Shown here: positions 6,927 to 16,990 of the stretch, piece by piece | How positions within the stretch are numbered: the stretch's first letter is position 1 | Layout of the letters: every line of letters starts with the position of its first letter | Virus record (IMG/VR): IMGVR_UViG_3300021957_005284 | DNA: 20,000 nt | Reading direction: 5' to 3' (one strand) | Origin: an uncultured virus (IMG/VR IMGVR_UViG_3300021957_005284) | Lineage: Duplodnaviria > Heunggongvirae > Uroviricota > Caudoviricetes | The notes under the pieces: generated by a model | Databases searched by the model: none | Seen by the model: the letters and a program-made list of their open reading frames with translations, nothing else | Told to the model about the DNA's origin: nothing | Translations under genes and position numbers: made by a program

Positions 6927-7963
6927 AACTGTTTTGGTATTATGTTATATTTTGGATTTATGTAATTTTCAAGTAAATAATCATATAAATATTTGTAACC
7001 ATGTTGGTTTGGATGATATATTGGACCAGAATACCTATCAGCTTTGTTTCCTTTAATTTGCTCAGAGATGTTTAAACAAGGAAATGTGTTATTAGATTCC
7101 CAAACAGTTATATTATCTGCAGTAGTAAAATTTTCCATTTCATAATCTACTAACATATCTCTAAATGTTTTTTTATTATAGTTTATGTACATTTCACTAT
7201 CAACATTATAAAACTCATTTATAAAATTCTTATCTATATATGGTTCAAACAAATCAAAAAATAAAATGTTAATTCCTTTCCATTTACAATATTTTTGATA
7301 AAACATATAATTTATTTGTGCTATATTTTCATAGGTCCTTTCATCAAACAATTCAATAAAAAAATCTTGTATCCATTTTTTAGAAAATTCCTTTTCTGAT
7401 TCTGAAATCTTTGTATCTTCAAAAAATTCTTCTTTTCCTAAAAAAATATTTTCATTGTTGTTTGCACTCAAAATTTCTAATTGAATTTGTATTTTTTCAA
7501 ATGAAAGTTGAGTATTATTTATTGGATTTATTCTATTTAAAAGTTCTGGATTTAAACTCGGTCTCTTTTGATTTTTAACATAATGAAACCAATCATCGTG
7601 TGAAGGAGATGTAAATGCTGGATTAATGGCTCCATTATCTCTATATTTTGATGTAAATCCAAATAATATTAAATCGGTATCTCTATAATCTCGCGCAAGA
7701 ATATATTGTAAAAAACTAAATTGTTGGTAATTATTTGAACCTTGTAAACCTAGATTATTAATTTCAATATCACTTCCAAAAGTATCTTTGAAAAATTTAT
7801 TCCAAGAATTATTTTTTCTCCAATGATTAATTCCATCATATATATGATGACCGAAAGGTAAGTTAGGTTCTTGTGCGATTCCATCTTGAATTTCTGAATA
7901 ACAACCCTGTCCTTCAATCCATGAATCACCAAGTAAAAAAATTCTATTTATTTCTTTTTTCAT
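6923..7963 (-). CDS. SGNH/GDSL-like protein (paralog 4)
   Basis: LGDSWIEGQG, NLGLQGSNN, FGFTS, YHPNQHGY. Confidence 0.8.
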   Translation of the reverse strand: MKKEINRIFLLGDSWIEGQGCYSEIQDGIAQEPNLPFGHHIYDGINHWRKNNSWNKFFKDTFGSDIEINNLGLQGSNNYQQFSFLQYILARDYRDTDLILFGFTSKYRDNGAINPAFTSPSHDDWFHYVKNQKRPSLNPELLNRINPINNTQLSFEKIQIQLEILSANNNENIFLGKEEFFEDTKISESEKEFSKKWIQDFFIELFDERTYENIAQINYMFYQKYCKWKGINILFFDLFEPYIDKNFINEFYNVDSEMYINYNKKTFRDMLVDYEMENFTTADNITVWESNNTFPCLNISEQIKGNKADRYSGPIYHPNQHGYKYLYDYLLENYINPKYNIIPKQL

Positions 7964-8004
7964 ATTATAATAAATTTTTAAATTTTAAATAACTATATGT
8001 TTTA

Positions 8005-8643
8005 TTAGACATATTCTTCATAAATTTTTTGTTCTCTTAAATCACTATAAGTTTCACTACTTCCACACGGTGTATTAAAATCCTTTATTTTATTTGAATT
8101 AAAAATCTCTAATCCTTTCTTTGCCTGCTCGGGTCCCATATACATATGCCAACCAATACATTCAAACTCGTCATTTTTATAAAGTTTATTTTTATTTCTA
8201 CCATCATAAATCATAGGTCTTGCCCATTTTTCAAAATCTTTATTATTAGTTAAAATCATTCCACCCTGTCCGATATTCAGTATTTTTTTAAAATGAAAAG
8301 ATATTATCATAAATTTATTTTGTAAACCCATTCCCATTCCTTTATGAAATGCAGTTGCTGCATCTATAATTGAAGTTTTACCAATTTCATACATTCCTTC
8401 CCACTTTATATCTTTAAATTTTGGTTTATTACCACTCAAAATAATTTGATTTGGAACTGAAACATAAGTTTTTGCAGGTATCTCTATTTCTGTGTGTTTA
8501 ATTCCTAAATAATGTAAACACAATCGTATAGCGTTAGAATTTGAATCACATGCGATACCATATCTGTAACCAGTATATTCTGCTACTTCATTTTCAAAAT
8601 GAGTAACCCAATCCCATGGGTCATTTACTTTATACTCTTTCAT
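8005..8643 (-). CDS. DegT/DnrJ/EryC1/StrS-family PLP aminotransferase, short form (212 aa)
   Basis: FENEVAEYTG, IPAKTYVSV, IIDAA, SFHFKK (PLP lysine), GQGGMILT. Confidence 0.88.
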   Translation of the reverse strand: MKEYKVNDPWDWVTHFENEVAEYTGYRYGIACDSNSNAIRLCLHYLGIKHTEIEIPAKTYVSVPNQIILSGNKPKFKDIKWEGMYEIGKTSIIDAATAFHKGMGMGLQNKFMIISFHFKKILNIGQGGMILTNNKDFEKWARPMIYDGRNKNKLYKNDEFECIGWHMYMGPEQAKKGLEIFNSNKIKDFNTPCGSSETYSDLREQKIYEEYV

Positions 8644-9295
8644 CTATTTTAATTTCATGCATTTTATCTATTTCTTTATTTTCATCACTTCTTAATATTT
8701 TTGATGAAATTTTAATAAAATCATTCCATGATTTCACTAATATTTTTTCATTTATAATTACATTTCCAATTGGAAAATGAGGTTCAAAATTATTACTATC
8801 TATAATAGTTTCAATTAATTTTTTTATTATATTTACATCACCAATTATAAGTTGGTCATCTATCCAATATCTATCAATAACTCCTTTTTTTGGAACTATA
8901 TCTTTTGATATTTTGGGTTGATTATTTGAATTATTTAGATATAAAGTTTTTTCTTCAAGTTTAATATCTAATATATTGTTCCAATTACTAATTATATCGG
9001 TTCTATGTAATAAAACTTTTTCATATTTTGTTTCATCTAAATAATTAATTATATTTTTCCAATGAAAATACATTGGTCCATGGTCTTTTTTAAATCTTGG
9101 TTCTAATTCATCAAAATTATTTATTAAAAGATTAACATGAGGAATGTATTTGTAAATTAAATCTATTTTTTCTTTTGTTAGCTCGTTTGACCATGTTGAA
9201 ACTATGACATCTACTTTATCCAAATTTTTTAAATATGGTAGTACTATATCAAATGTTCTGTATTGTCCAAAAAATACTAATAAATCTTTTTTCAC
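8630..9295 (-). CDS. Putative glycosyltransferase-like protein
   Basis: FFGQYRTF, VIVSTW, YEKVLLHRTD, IDDQLIIG: pattern seen in GT-A-like proteins of glycan loci. Confidence 0.5.
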   Translation of the reverse strand: MKKDLLVFFGQYRTFDIVLPYLKNLDKVDVIVSTWSNELTKEKIDLIYKYIPHVNLLINNFDELEPRFKKDHGPMYFHWKNIINYLDETKYEKVLLHRTDIISNWNNILDIKLEEKTLYLNNSNNQPKISKDIVPKKGVIDRYWIDDQLIIGDVNIIKKLIETIIDSNNFEPHFPIGNVIINEKILVKSWNDFIKISSKILRSDENKEIDKMHEIKIDERV

Positions 9296-9316
9296 TTATC
9301 TAATAATTTTTTAAAT

Positions 9317-9919
9317 TTAAAATTTCTTTTTTCTTAACAAATTATATTTTGGTCTTGTTCTTTCAATAAATAACTCATTTGGTTCGTATGAAATATATTT
9401 TTTAACCATTTTATACCAAAAATAGTGAACATAAGGTAACCCATTTTTCATTCGAGGTGGGTTGTTAGTTTCTATGTAATTGTAAACAGATTTAAAAAAG
9501 TACAATAATTCATCTTTTTTACCAGCAAATATATAATCGTTTAAGGTTTTTTTTTCTTCTTTTTCTTCTACCCATATTTTGTTTTGTATATCTGAAATAT
9601 GAGTAAATACGTCTTTCCATAATAAATCTAATCTTTTAACTACTATGTATTCATATTCTTCGTTTATTGATTCTAATGCTTTTATTATTCTATTACTCAT
9701 TGCGTAAGATGGATACAAAAATAAATTATCATCTATTTTACATGGTTCGATAATAGTTCTGTGTTTTGTATCTGAAAAACCATCTTTGTATGAATAACTA
9801 TGGGTAATACTCCATGTAGAAAGAATACTATCCCAATCATCAGGTAGATTTTCTGAGTCCCATTCTATGGCTTTTCTTCTACCACGATATTCACCAAAAA
9901 TAATTAAACATTTTTTCAT
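9317..9919 (-). CDS. Putative glycosyltransferase-like protein (paralog of 8630-9295)
   Basis: IFGEYR, ILSTW, YEYIVVKRLD, LNDYIFAG; same motif order as its neighbour. Confidence 0.5.
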   Translation of the reverse strand: MKKCLIIFGEYRGRRKAIEWDSENLPDDWDSILSTWSITHSYSYKDGFSDTKHRTIIEPCKIDDNLFLYPSYAMSNRIIKALESINEEYEYIVVKRLDLLWKDVFTHISDIQNKIWVEEKEEKKTLNDYIFAGKKDELLYFFKSVYNYIETNNPPRMKNGLPYVHYFWYKMVKKYISYEPNELFIERTRPKYNLLRKKKF

Positions 9920-10845
9920 TTATCTAATAATTTTATTAACTCTTCTTTTACAAACTTTTCCATCATTTGTGGTGAAGGATGTCCCCAACCATATTCGTGT
10001 ATTTCTTTTTTATAATCCTCCCAACTTAAATATTTTCCATTTGATTCTTGAAAATAAGGAACTCCTTTTTCAATATTATCAATTGTCCATTCTAATAATC
10101 CATTATAGTTTTTATAATGCCAATGATTTGGTTTATCAATAGGAACCTCATCAATATAAGGTTTAAGTATTTCATATTTTTCAAACCACAAATCTTTACT
10201 TGGAATATCAGAATTATTTTCTGGTGCACCAAACCATTGTTCATATGCTTCTATTGAGTATGGATTTCTCATACTCATCCAATATGTACTGATTTGATTT
10301 TCTTTACAAAATCTTTCTAAATGTGACCAAGATTCTAACCAATGTAAAACTTGATTTAAAATGTTGTTCCAATTGATATCTGCTTCCCAATATTTAATTG
10401 CGTTTTCAATACCATATTTTTTAAGTGCTGAATCTTCATCATCTGGTGGAGAAAATCCACCTGTTAAATAAAAGAATCCATTTTCAACTTCCCAATTTGG
10501 TGTATAAACCAAAGTATGACCATATTTTTCTCTATCTTGTTCTGTAAATTTAGATTTAATCCAAACCGATTCTCTATTAGGGTCTGACCATTGTCCAATT
10601 ACTATAATATCTTTTGAAGATATTCCTTCACTCATTAATCTTTTGATATGATAAAAAAAGATTCTACATAAACTAACATTATCATTTGTTGCACCACCAT
10701 AGTTTAGAACCTTATATTGTTTACCTAATTCTTTTTGTAGATAATATGGCCAAGATAATCTTTCAGTATCTAATTCTTCTAAATTATTTGGATTTAATCT
10801 TACATTATTAGTAAAAGAGCAACCTGATGTTAGTACATATTTCAT
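9916..10845 (-). CDS. SGNH/GDSL-like protein (paralog 5)
   Basis: LTSGCSFT, NYGGATNDN, IGQWSDPNR, WGHPS. Confidence 0.78.
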   Translation of the reverse strand: MKYVLTSGCSFTNNVRLNPNNLEELDTERLSWPYYLQKELGKQYKVLNYGGATNDNVSLCRIFFYHIKRLMSEGISSKDIIVIGQWSDPNRESVWIKSKFTEQDREKYGHTLVYTPNWEVENGFFYLTGGFSPPDDEDSALKKYGIENAIKYWEADINWNNILNQVLHWLESWSHLERFCKENQISTYWMSMRNPYSIEAYEQWFGAPENNSDIPSKDLWFEKYEILKPYIDEVPIDKPNHWHYKNYNGLLEWTIDNIEKGVPYFQESNGKYLSWEDYKKEIHEYGWGHPSPQMMEKFVKEELIKLLDK

Positions 10846-11621
10846 ATAATTTGTTTGTATATACTTTCTGCAATTTGTTTAGAAGCAATATCGTTAGGAT
10901 GTCCTGGATTACCTTTTGTGTAATTATCATAATCCGTCCACATAAAATCTAAAATACTACTATGTTCTTTAACTTTAATAAAATTTTTAAAAATATTATT
11001 ATTAAATTTTTCATTAAATACATCTTTATACTGATGAGGATAATCACTTAAATCAAAATCTACACTTTCTATACCTGCGTAACTTTTTAAAATAATTTTT
11101 TGTTTTCCCCCAACATCTTCTAATTCAACTTTATTTTGAGATATTGCATCTAAATAAACATATGGAATGTTAAGAGAGTCTAAAAAGGAACTTAGTTTTA
11201 AAATAGATAAATAAGTTTTATACGCACAAAATGGAACATCTGAAAACAAAGTTTTTCCACAATTTAAATTAGTGTATTTACCAGAACCTCCCTTTTCCCA
11301 TTCAATAAAATCTTGAGGTTGTACGGTATCTAAAACATTATATTCTCCATCAAAAACCGAAGTCATTAATCGTGTGTTCGATGACCATGCAACTATTACA
11401 ACAGATTCGTTTCTAATTTCTTCATTATTCATTAATTCAATTATAATTGAATCTGCTATATACTCATTACCAGAACCACCCCTTGCTTTATTTATCAATT
11501 TAAAATTTAACATTTTAGATAAATAATAAGACCAACTTCCTTCATTTCCCATTTGATAACCATCGGTAAATGAACAACCAGATGTAATCAAATATTTTTT
11601 ATTACTTAGATTTATATCCAT
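10842..11621 (-). CDS. SGNH/GDSL-like protein (paralog 6)
   Basis: ITSGCSFTDG, NKARGGSGNEYI, VAWSSNTR, PGHPN. Confidence 0.8.
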   Translation of the reverse strand: MDINLSNKKYLITSGCSFTDGYQMGNEGSWSYYLSKMLNFKLINKARGGSGNEYIADSIIIELMNNEEIRNESVVIVAWSSNTRLMTSVFDGEYNVLDTVQPQDFIEWEKGGSGKYTNLNCGKTLFSDVPFCAYKTYLSILKLSSFLDSLNIPYVYLDAISQNKVELEDVGGKQKIILKSYAGIESVDFDLSDYPHQYKDVFNEKFNNNIFKNFIKVKEHSSILDFMWTDYDNYTKGNPGHPNDIASKQIAESIYKQII

Positions 11622-12381
11622 AATCTTCTCCGCCTTGTCCTACAAAATGTCCATTCCAATTTTCCTCTTCATGTAATTTGTGGTGTGAATATTCATTTGA
11701 TTTGTAAGTACTTCTATGTGGTGGATTATCTTTATCATATTCTGATGTAGAAATATAATAAAAGAATCTGATTGCACATCTTGGTTTATCTTCAGGTGAA
11801 TTTACTTCACTCACTCTATGATGTGGTCCTTGTTTTACATTTTCATTAATTACTAATCTATTAAATTTTGGTGAAACAGATTCTATAAGATTTGAATTAG
11901 GATTAATATCAATATTATCATCGTAATACTGAATATGTCCTCCCCATTCATCTTTCCAATCTGGTGTAATATAAAGTAGTGTAGTTAGTTTTCTATGTAA
12001 TCTGATTCTATCATTCCAATTGAAATCGTAATGACAACCTAAATCTTTTCCATTTCTAATTATCGAGTAGCCTGCTCCAACTAAATGTGGGTCTGGTAAT
12101 AATCCTATAATACCTGTCATTTGTTCTAATTCATACAGAAACTCACCACTATGCATTATATCATAAGTTACCCTATGTGCAGTTGGTAGTGAAATTAAAT
12201 CGTTGAATTCCTCCATTCTTGAACCAGCACGAGTAAATACTGTCCAACCACCTTTTGGAGCGTTTTTACATTCTTCATATAATTGGTGAACTGTTTTATC
12301 ATCAAGAAAATTATCAATCTTAACTCTTCCAAAACCCCACTCATTTTTACTATCTAACCATTCGTGTTTTTTATTTATCAT
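11602..12381 (-). CDS. 2OG-Fe(II) oxygenase (prolyl-hydroxylase-like)
   Basis: HYD iron ligands, LLYITPDWKDEWGG, PKFNRLV, distal HHRV and PRCAIR. Confidence 0.9.
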   Translation of the reverse strand: MINKKHEWLDSKNEWGFGRVKIDNFLDDKTVHQLYEECKNAPKGGWTVFTRAGSRMEEFNDLISLPTAHRVTYDIMHSGEFLYELEQMTGIIGLLPDPHLVGAGYSIIRNGKDLGCHYDFNWNDRIRLHRKLTTLLYITPDWKDEWGGHIQYYDDNIDINPNSNLIESVSPKFNRLVINENVKQGPHHRVSEVNSPEDKPRCAIRFFYYISTSEYDKDNPPHRSTYKSNEYSHHKLHEEENWNGHFVGQGGEDYGYKSK

Positions 12382-13292
12382 AATCTAATTGCATTATGTT
12401 TTGATTTTAACCATCTATTTTTGTAATCAAAGGATAGTTTTCCAAAATACTTTTGCCCTTTAGGATAAATATACTCTTCAAAGAAATCTATATATACAGA
12501 ATCGTGTGGATGAGCCCCAAAAGACATAACCATTCCATCTTCTGGTATATCCCATTCATTTGCTCCACTTAAATACGCAATATTACCATATTTTTCCATT
12601 GCATATTCATCAATACCGCCAAATCCATTATAGAATACAAACTTTGAAAAATCAACTTCGTTCCAAAGTGAATTTAAATAATCTGAAATATTTTTTAAAT
12701 TTGTAAATGTATCGTTCATTAAAAATGAAATATGTTCAATATTTCTTGTTGATAAAAAACTCTGAGTATCTACTATTGTTTGTAAATAATGTTCGTATCT
12801 ATCAATTGGTTTGTGTGAAATATGACAATTCTTTTTATATTCACTTAAATACCATTCAATATCTTTGTTTTCATAATAAGTAAAATCATCAACATCTGAA
12901 TTTGTGTAAACTTTATTTCCAAAAATTACATTTAGAGATTTCCATTTTCTGATAAACTCATCACTTTCTTCTTTTAAATTAAAATGATTATCTAAAATAA
13001 ATGTACCTTCGGTATGGTCATTTAAAATATCTTTACACAACTCATTTGGTATTTCTGTAAATAATCTATTTGGTTGAGACCATTCTATAATAGTAAAAAT
13101 ATTATTTGGAGTTATCCCTTTTTTTAGTAATTTAGAAACAGTATAAATAACACTTCTTTTTTGATATTCTGCACCAAATGAATCACAATGTAAATCAATA
13201 ACCTCAAATTCTGAATCGTTTCCTTTTGTAAATTTTTTCATTGAACGAAACATAACACCGTAACTACAACCTGTGTTTATAATGTATTTCAT
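12378..13292 (-). CDS. SGNH/GDSL-like protein (paralog 7)
   Basis: INTGCSYG, IIEWSQPNR, GGIDEY, GAHP. Confidence 0.72.
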   Translation of the reverse strand: MKYIINTGCSYGVMFRSMKKFTKGNDSEFEVIDLHCDSFGAEYQKRSVIYTVSKLLKKGITPNNIFTIIEWSQPNRLFTEIPNELCKDILNDHTEGTFILDNHFNLKEESDEFIRKWKSLNVIFGNKVYTNSDVDDFTYYENKDIEWYLSEYKKNCHISHKPIDRYEHYLQTIVDTQSFLSTRNIEHISFLMNDTFTNLKNISDYLNSLWNEVDFSKFVFYNGFGGIDEYAMEKYGNIAYLSGANEWDIPEDGMVMSFGAHPHDSVYIDFFEEYIYPKGQKYFGKLSFDYKNRWLKSKHNAIRL

Positions 13293-14227
13293 ATCAATTC
13301 TTTTTGTTTGATATTTTCTAAAATAATTTCTTTTATTAATTTATGTCCTTTCGGACCTGGATGTCCACCATCTATATTCCAACTTTTATTATCTTTCCAA
13401 AAGAATGTACTCCAAAGAACTACATCATCTATTTTATTTTTTTTATCAATTTTATCTATTATACTTATCAATTTTGGATTATCATGTTTAATAAGTAATA
13501 TTTCATCTTCATCATTTTTCATTGGTTTACAACTCCAAAAATCTTTTGTTAATTGAAACTCATCTTCACTAAAACAATTATATTTTTTAAAATTTAATTT
13601 ACATGATAAAAGAGGAAAATATCCATCTACAAGAATATGATTGACATTGAATTCTTTTAAAAATTTATGTAATCCAAATATAGAATAACCCCAATGTGTA
13701 AGTAACGATTCCACTTGAACATCTGTATTTGGATGTGGTGCTGATTCTCCTTTATTATCTATATCAACCCACCATGGATTTCTATGATGAGGATTTACCC
13801 TATGATTAGGTAAATTAAATACATCAGCCCAACTATATTGGTCAATATTTCTAATAGGTTCACAACTTCTAAGACCTTCTCTCAATCCTATAAAATTATA
13901 TGCAGCATGAGGTATTAGATTTATATTATATTTTTTAAGGTTTTCATTTTCAACTGGTATAAACGCAATCTCCTCGTAACTTGGTCTCCTATTAAACTCT
14001 GATTTTTGTATAACGAATAAATAATCATTTATATTTTCTTGGTTTTCTAAAACAAAGGTTTTTACTACTTCTTCAACATAATACCAACCAGTTCCACCAC
14101 AACCAAGATTTATGAAATCCAACCCAAGTTCTTCTGCTAATAAACTACCCCAAGTTTCATGATATTCAACTCCTTGTCCAAAAGTTAAACTACATCCTAC
14201 TACTACAAGGCATTTAGGTTTTTTCAT
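13289..14227 (-). CDS. SGNH/GDSL-like protein (paralog 8)
   Basis: VGCSLTFGQGV, NLGCGGTG, DGGHPGPKGH. Confidence 0.8.
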   Translation of the reverse strand: MKKPKCLVVVGCSLTFGQGVEYHETWGSLLAEELGLDFINLGCGGTGWYYVEEVVKTFVLENQENINDYLFVIQKSEFNRRPSYEEIAFIPVENENLKKYNINLIPHAAYNFIGLREGLRSCEPIRNIDQYSWADVFNLPNHRVNPHHRNPWWVDIDNKGESAPHPNTDVQVESLLTHWGYSIFGLHKFLKEFNVNHILVDGYFPLLSCKLNFKKYNCFSEDEFQLTKDFWSCKPMKNDEDEILLIKHDNPKLISIIDKIDKKNKIDDVVLWSTFFWKDNKSWNIDGGHPGPKGHKLIKEIILENIKQKELI

Positions 14228-14521
14228 TTAAAATATTTTTATTTTACCCCTCATTATATCCCAAAACATTATCCAATCTGATATCTTAGCTTTGATGGGG
14301 TCTTTAAATGCAGCTGGTTCATTCTTTTCAAAAAGATAATGACCACTCCAAGCAAATGGATAAATGATAAATGGTATAATTGGTATAAGATACCATAACC
14401 AATGATAAAAAATTAAGAAGGTACTGATTAAAGTTACCCACTGTCCAATGAAATGTAATCTAATACAATTTTTATTTTGATGTAATGAAAGATACATCTT
14501 ATAATATTCTTTTATTCCCAT
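14228..14521 (-). CDS. DUF962/Mpo1-like membrane protein
   Basis: YLSLHQN...RLHFIG...FAWSGHYLFEKNEPAAF..P; start 14521 or 14533. Confidence 0.85.
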   Translation of the reverse strand: MGIKEYYKMYLSLHQNKNCIRLHFIGQWVTLISTFLIFYHWLWYLIPIIPFIIYPFAWSGHYLFEKNEPAAFKDPIKAKISDWIMFWDIMRGKIKIF

Positions 14522-14922
14522 GATATTTCCCAATCTTTAAATTCTGATGCTATACAATCTATTTTGTAATCTTTTCTTCCACCAACTTTTTCTTGAATTT
14601 TATTTTTAGCTGTGTTTCTGATTCCATTTAATCCATGTGTCAGAAGTAATTTATTACCTCTCTCATCACCATTTCTGGCATTATCTTCATTTACCCAAAT
14701 ATGAGTATTCATTTGAGCCAATACTATTATTGCTCTAATCATATCACCATCAACTATATTGTTCGAAAGTTTTTCATCTAACAATATTTCATTTATATCG
14801 TGTACAATATCTTTTATTTCTTGTTGGTATTCCTCTTTGTGTTGTGGAATTTTAACTTCTTTTAACTGAACGATAGTTAACCTATCTATTAGTTCTCCTA
14901 ATGTTGGTAAGTATTTTCTCAT
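14512..14922 (-). CDS. Helical protein, DUF4254/DUF6165-like
   Basis: LGELIDRLTIVQLK...N..IW..ED..R...N..R...KNKI pattern. Confidence 0.6.
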   Translation of the reverse strand: MRKYLPTLGELIDRLTIVQLKEVKIPQHKEEYQQEIKDIVHDINEILLDEKLSNNIVDGDMIRAIIVLAQMNTHIWVNEDNARNGDERGNKLLLTHGLNGIRNTAKNKIQEKVGGRKDYKIDCIASEFKDWEISWE

Positions 14923-15662
14923 ATTGTTGTAACTCCTCGTTTTTGTACTACTATTGTTGCATTTTTATTAGCTAGTTCAATTGATTCATCAATATTTTTA
15001 GTTTCTACATATTTCATTACGAATGATGCCATCCAAGTATCACCTGCTCCACTCAAATCTCTAACCTCAATCGAAGTATCGACTGGATATCTTTTTTCAT
15101 TGTACATACATCCTCTTTCAGACATAGTTACAATCAATGAATCTTTCCAATCGGAATAAACTGCACCTTTTTCAACACAATTTTCCCACTCAACTTCATT
15201 CATTTTTACAAATGTATAATCTTTGAAATAATCTCCACTACCTATTGTCTTTTTTGTATCAATAAAAGATAGTTTAGATTTCTGTCCAATCTTCTTAATA
15301 TCTTCGTATGTTAAATATCCTTTATCATAATCTGCAACAATTACTGCATCATATGAATCAAAATCAACTTTACGATAATCAAATGAATTAGATACCTTAT
15401 CATTACCATCTACTCTGAGTAACATTTGGTTTGATTTGGTTTCTACATATCTTGTTTTTATGATTTGTTCGTTGTTGGTGATTAGTTCAGTTTTTCTAAC
15501 TCCTAATGCTATGAGGTTATCAACAACATTTCCTGCCATACCTTGGTTGGTAATGGTTTTTGATGGATTAAATACTGGTATGGGTGCTTCAGGACATAAT
15601 CTTTTACAATTACCATAAACAAATACATCAGTACAACTATCTCCTATAACTAATATTTTCAA
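14919..15662 (-). CDS. PfkB-family kinase resembling the RfaE/HldE heptose-7-phosphate kinase domain
   Basis: LVIGDSCTDVFVYG..RLCPEAPIPV, GMAGNV, DYDKG, DLSGAGDT, VVQKRG. Confidence 0.88.
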   Translation of the reverse strand: MKILVIGDSCTDVFVYGNCKRLCPEAPIPVFNPSKTITNQGMAGNVVDNLIALGVRKTELITNNEQIIKTRYVETKSNQMLLRVDGNDKVSNSFDYRKVDFDSYDAVIVADYDKGYLTYEDIKKIGQKSKLSFIDTKKTIGSGDYFKDYTFVKMNEVEWENCVEKGAVYSDWKDSLIVTMSERGCMYNEKRYPVDTSIEVRDLSGAGDTWMASFVMKYVETKNIDESIELANKNATIVVQKRGVTTI

Positions 15663-15994
15663 AACTCGTTTTTTTTATCTAATTGTTCTTCTAATTTTTT
15701 TATTTCAGAACATATTTCATATTTCTCTTCTTCGATTGCCCATTCTAAACATTTCTGAAGAGAATCTTCTATATTCTTTTTATGTATCCAAAAATCAAAT
15801 GCTTTCTGTTTTTCTCGTATAACACATTCAACTCTTGCAAATTGATACTTTTTTAAATCGTTTTCAATTAATGTTTTTATTCCTTTAAACATTAACGGCA
15901 TTAAAGTTAATTTTCCAACACCTTGTGTCCATTCTTGAACATCAGCCTCTCCTATGTAAATATGTTTAACTTTATATTTTGGTTTTTTCCACAT
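15659..15994 (-). CDS. Hypothetical protein with UVR-like C-terminal motif
   Basis: AIEEEKYEICSEIKK. Confidence 0.65.
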   Translation of the reverse strand: MWKKPKYKVKHIYIGEADVQEWTQGVGKLTLMPLMFKGIKTLIENDLKKYQFARVECVIREKQKAFDFWIHKKNIEDSLQKCLEWAIEEEKYEICSEIKKLEEQLDKKNEF

Positions 15995-16269
15995 TATTTT
16001 ATACTAACTTCACATACAATTGCAGCAAGATTTTCTATTTTTGAACTTGTATCAATACTTATTTTTTTAACAATCCATTTTCCCTTTAAGCAGTTAAGAG
16101 TTCCTCCTACTGTTACACAAGGTCCACCTTCAAAATCAAACATTTTAATATTACCAAAATCATCTTCATTCGTTCTTGAAAAAATGGTTTCGCCTGTTAT
16201 TCTAATTTTATCTGAACTTATTTTTTCATAGACACGCTCGTGGCCATATCTGTTACTTTTAATTTCCAT
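15994..16269 (-). CDS. Hypothetical phage-type protein
   Basis: ORF track; NRYG and DFEGGP motifs; coupled to its neighbours. Confidence 0.7.
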   Translation of the reverse strand: MEIKSNRYGHERVYEKISSDKIRITGETIFSRTNEDDFGNIKMFDFEGGPCVTVGGTLNCLKGKWIVKKISIDTSSKIENLAAIVCEVSIK

Positions 16270-16435
16270 AATAATTGTTTAATGTTTTATGTAAATGATT
16301 TAATATAAACTCATATTGTTTTTTACTACCAAATTTTTTAAAATTATTTACATATCTAATTGCTCCATCAAAATGTATATCATTTTTACAAGAATCTATA
16401 ACTTTAATTGTTTTTTTTAATAAAGTATCTTCCAT
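16259..16435 (-). CDS. Small hypothetical protein (58 aa)
   Basis: Manual translation MEDTLLKKTIKVIDSCKNDIHFDGAIRYVNNFKKFGSKKQYEFILNHLHKTLNNYYGN*; fills the gap. Confidence 0.7.
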   Translation of the reverse strand: MEDTLLKKTIKVIDSCKNDIHFDGAIRYVNNFKKFGSKKQYEFILNHLHKTLNNYYGN

Positions 16436-16447
16436 AATAATAAATAT

Positions 16448-16936
16448 TTATCTTAACCCTTTTGTAGTTTTTCTACCCAACTGTATAGCCATTTCTGATG
16501 GGGTTAGTCCTATTTTACATTGTTTTTTATACCACCAGTACATATCTTCAGTACTTCCCTTTCCTTTCATTTTTTCTAAACACTTTTCCCATAAATCTAT
16601 ACCAAATTCTAATTCTAATTCAGTTTTTAATTCATGTAATCTACTTTGCTCCTCTTCAATTCCCTTTTCCATTAGCTTTTCAGCTTTAATTTTTTTCATT
16701 TTTGCATATTGATGAGCTTCTATTTCTAAATCATTTTTATTTTTTGAATGAGAATTTGTAATATATTCATTAAACATTTTATCATACAATTTCTGATTAT
16801 CTTTTGATTCTAAAAAGAAAGGTGAATATTCAAAATCACCATTTTGTATTTTCAACAAAAGTGGTGCTGATTTTTTAAGTGGTCTTTTTCGGTACTTTCC
16901 TTCTGTGTACCACCGAAATGGGTTATATCGTGCCAT
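16448..16936 (-). CDS. Hypothetical protein (162 aa)
   Basis: ORF track; has its own upstream promoter. Confidence 0.75.
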   Translation of the reverse strand: MARYNPFRWYTEGKYRKRPLKKSAPLLLKIQNGDFEYSPFFLESKDNQKLYDKMFNEYITNSHSKNKNDLEIEAHQYAKMKKIKAEKLMEKGIEEEQSRLHELKTELELEFGIDLWEKCLEKMKGKGSTEDMYWWYKKQCKIGLTPSEMAIQLGRKTTKGLR

Positions 16937-16958
16937 AGTTTAAGTTTTAAGTGTTTTA

Positions 16959-16990
16959 CAAATATACGAAAAATATTTGAATTATCCAAA
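16959..16990 (-). promoter_or_regulatory. Bacteroidota consensus promoter
   Basis: Minus strand TTTG-N20-TATATTTG; 16961-16980 is identical to 3096-3115 in promoter copy 3. Confidence 0.75.
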
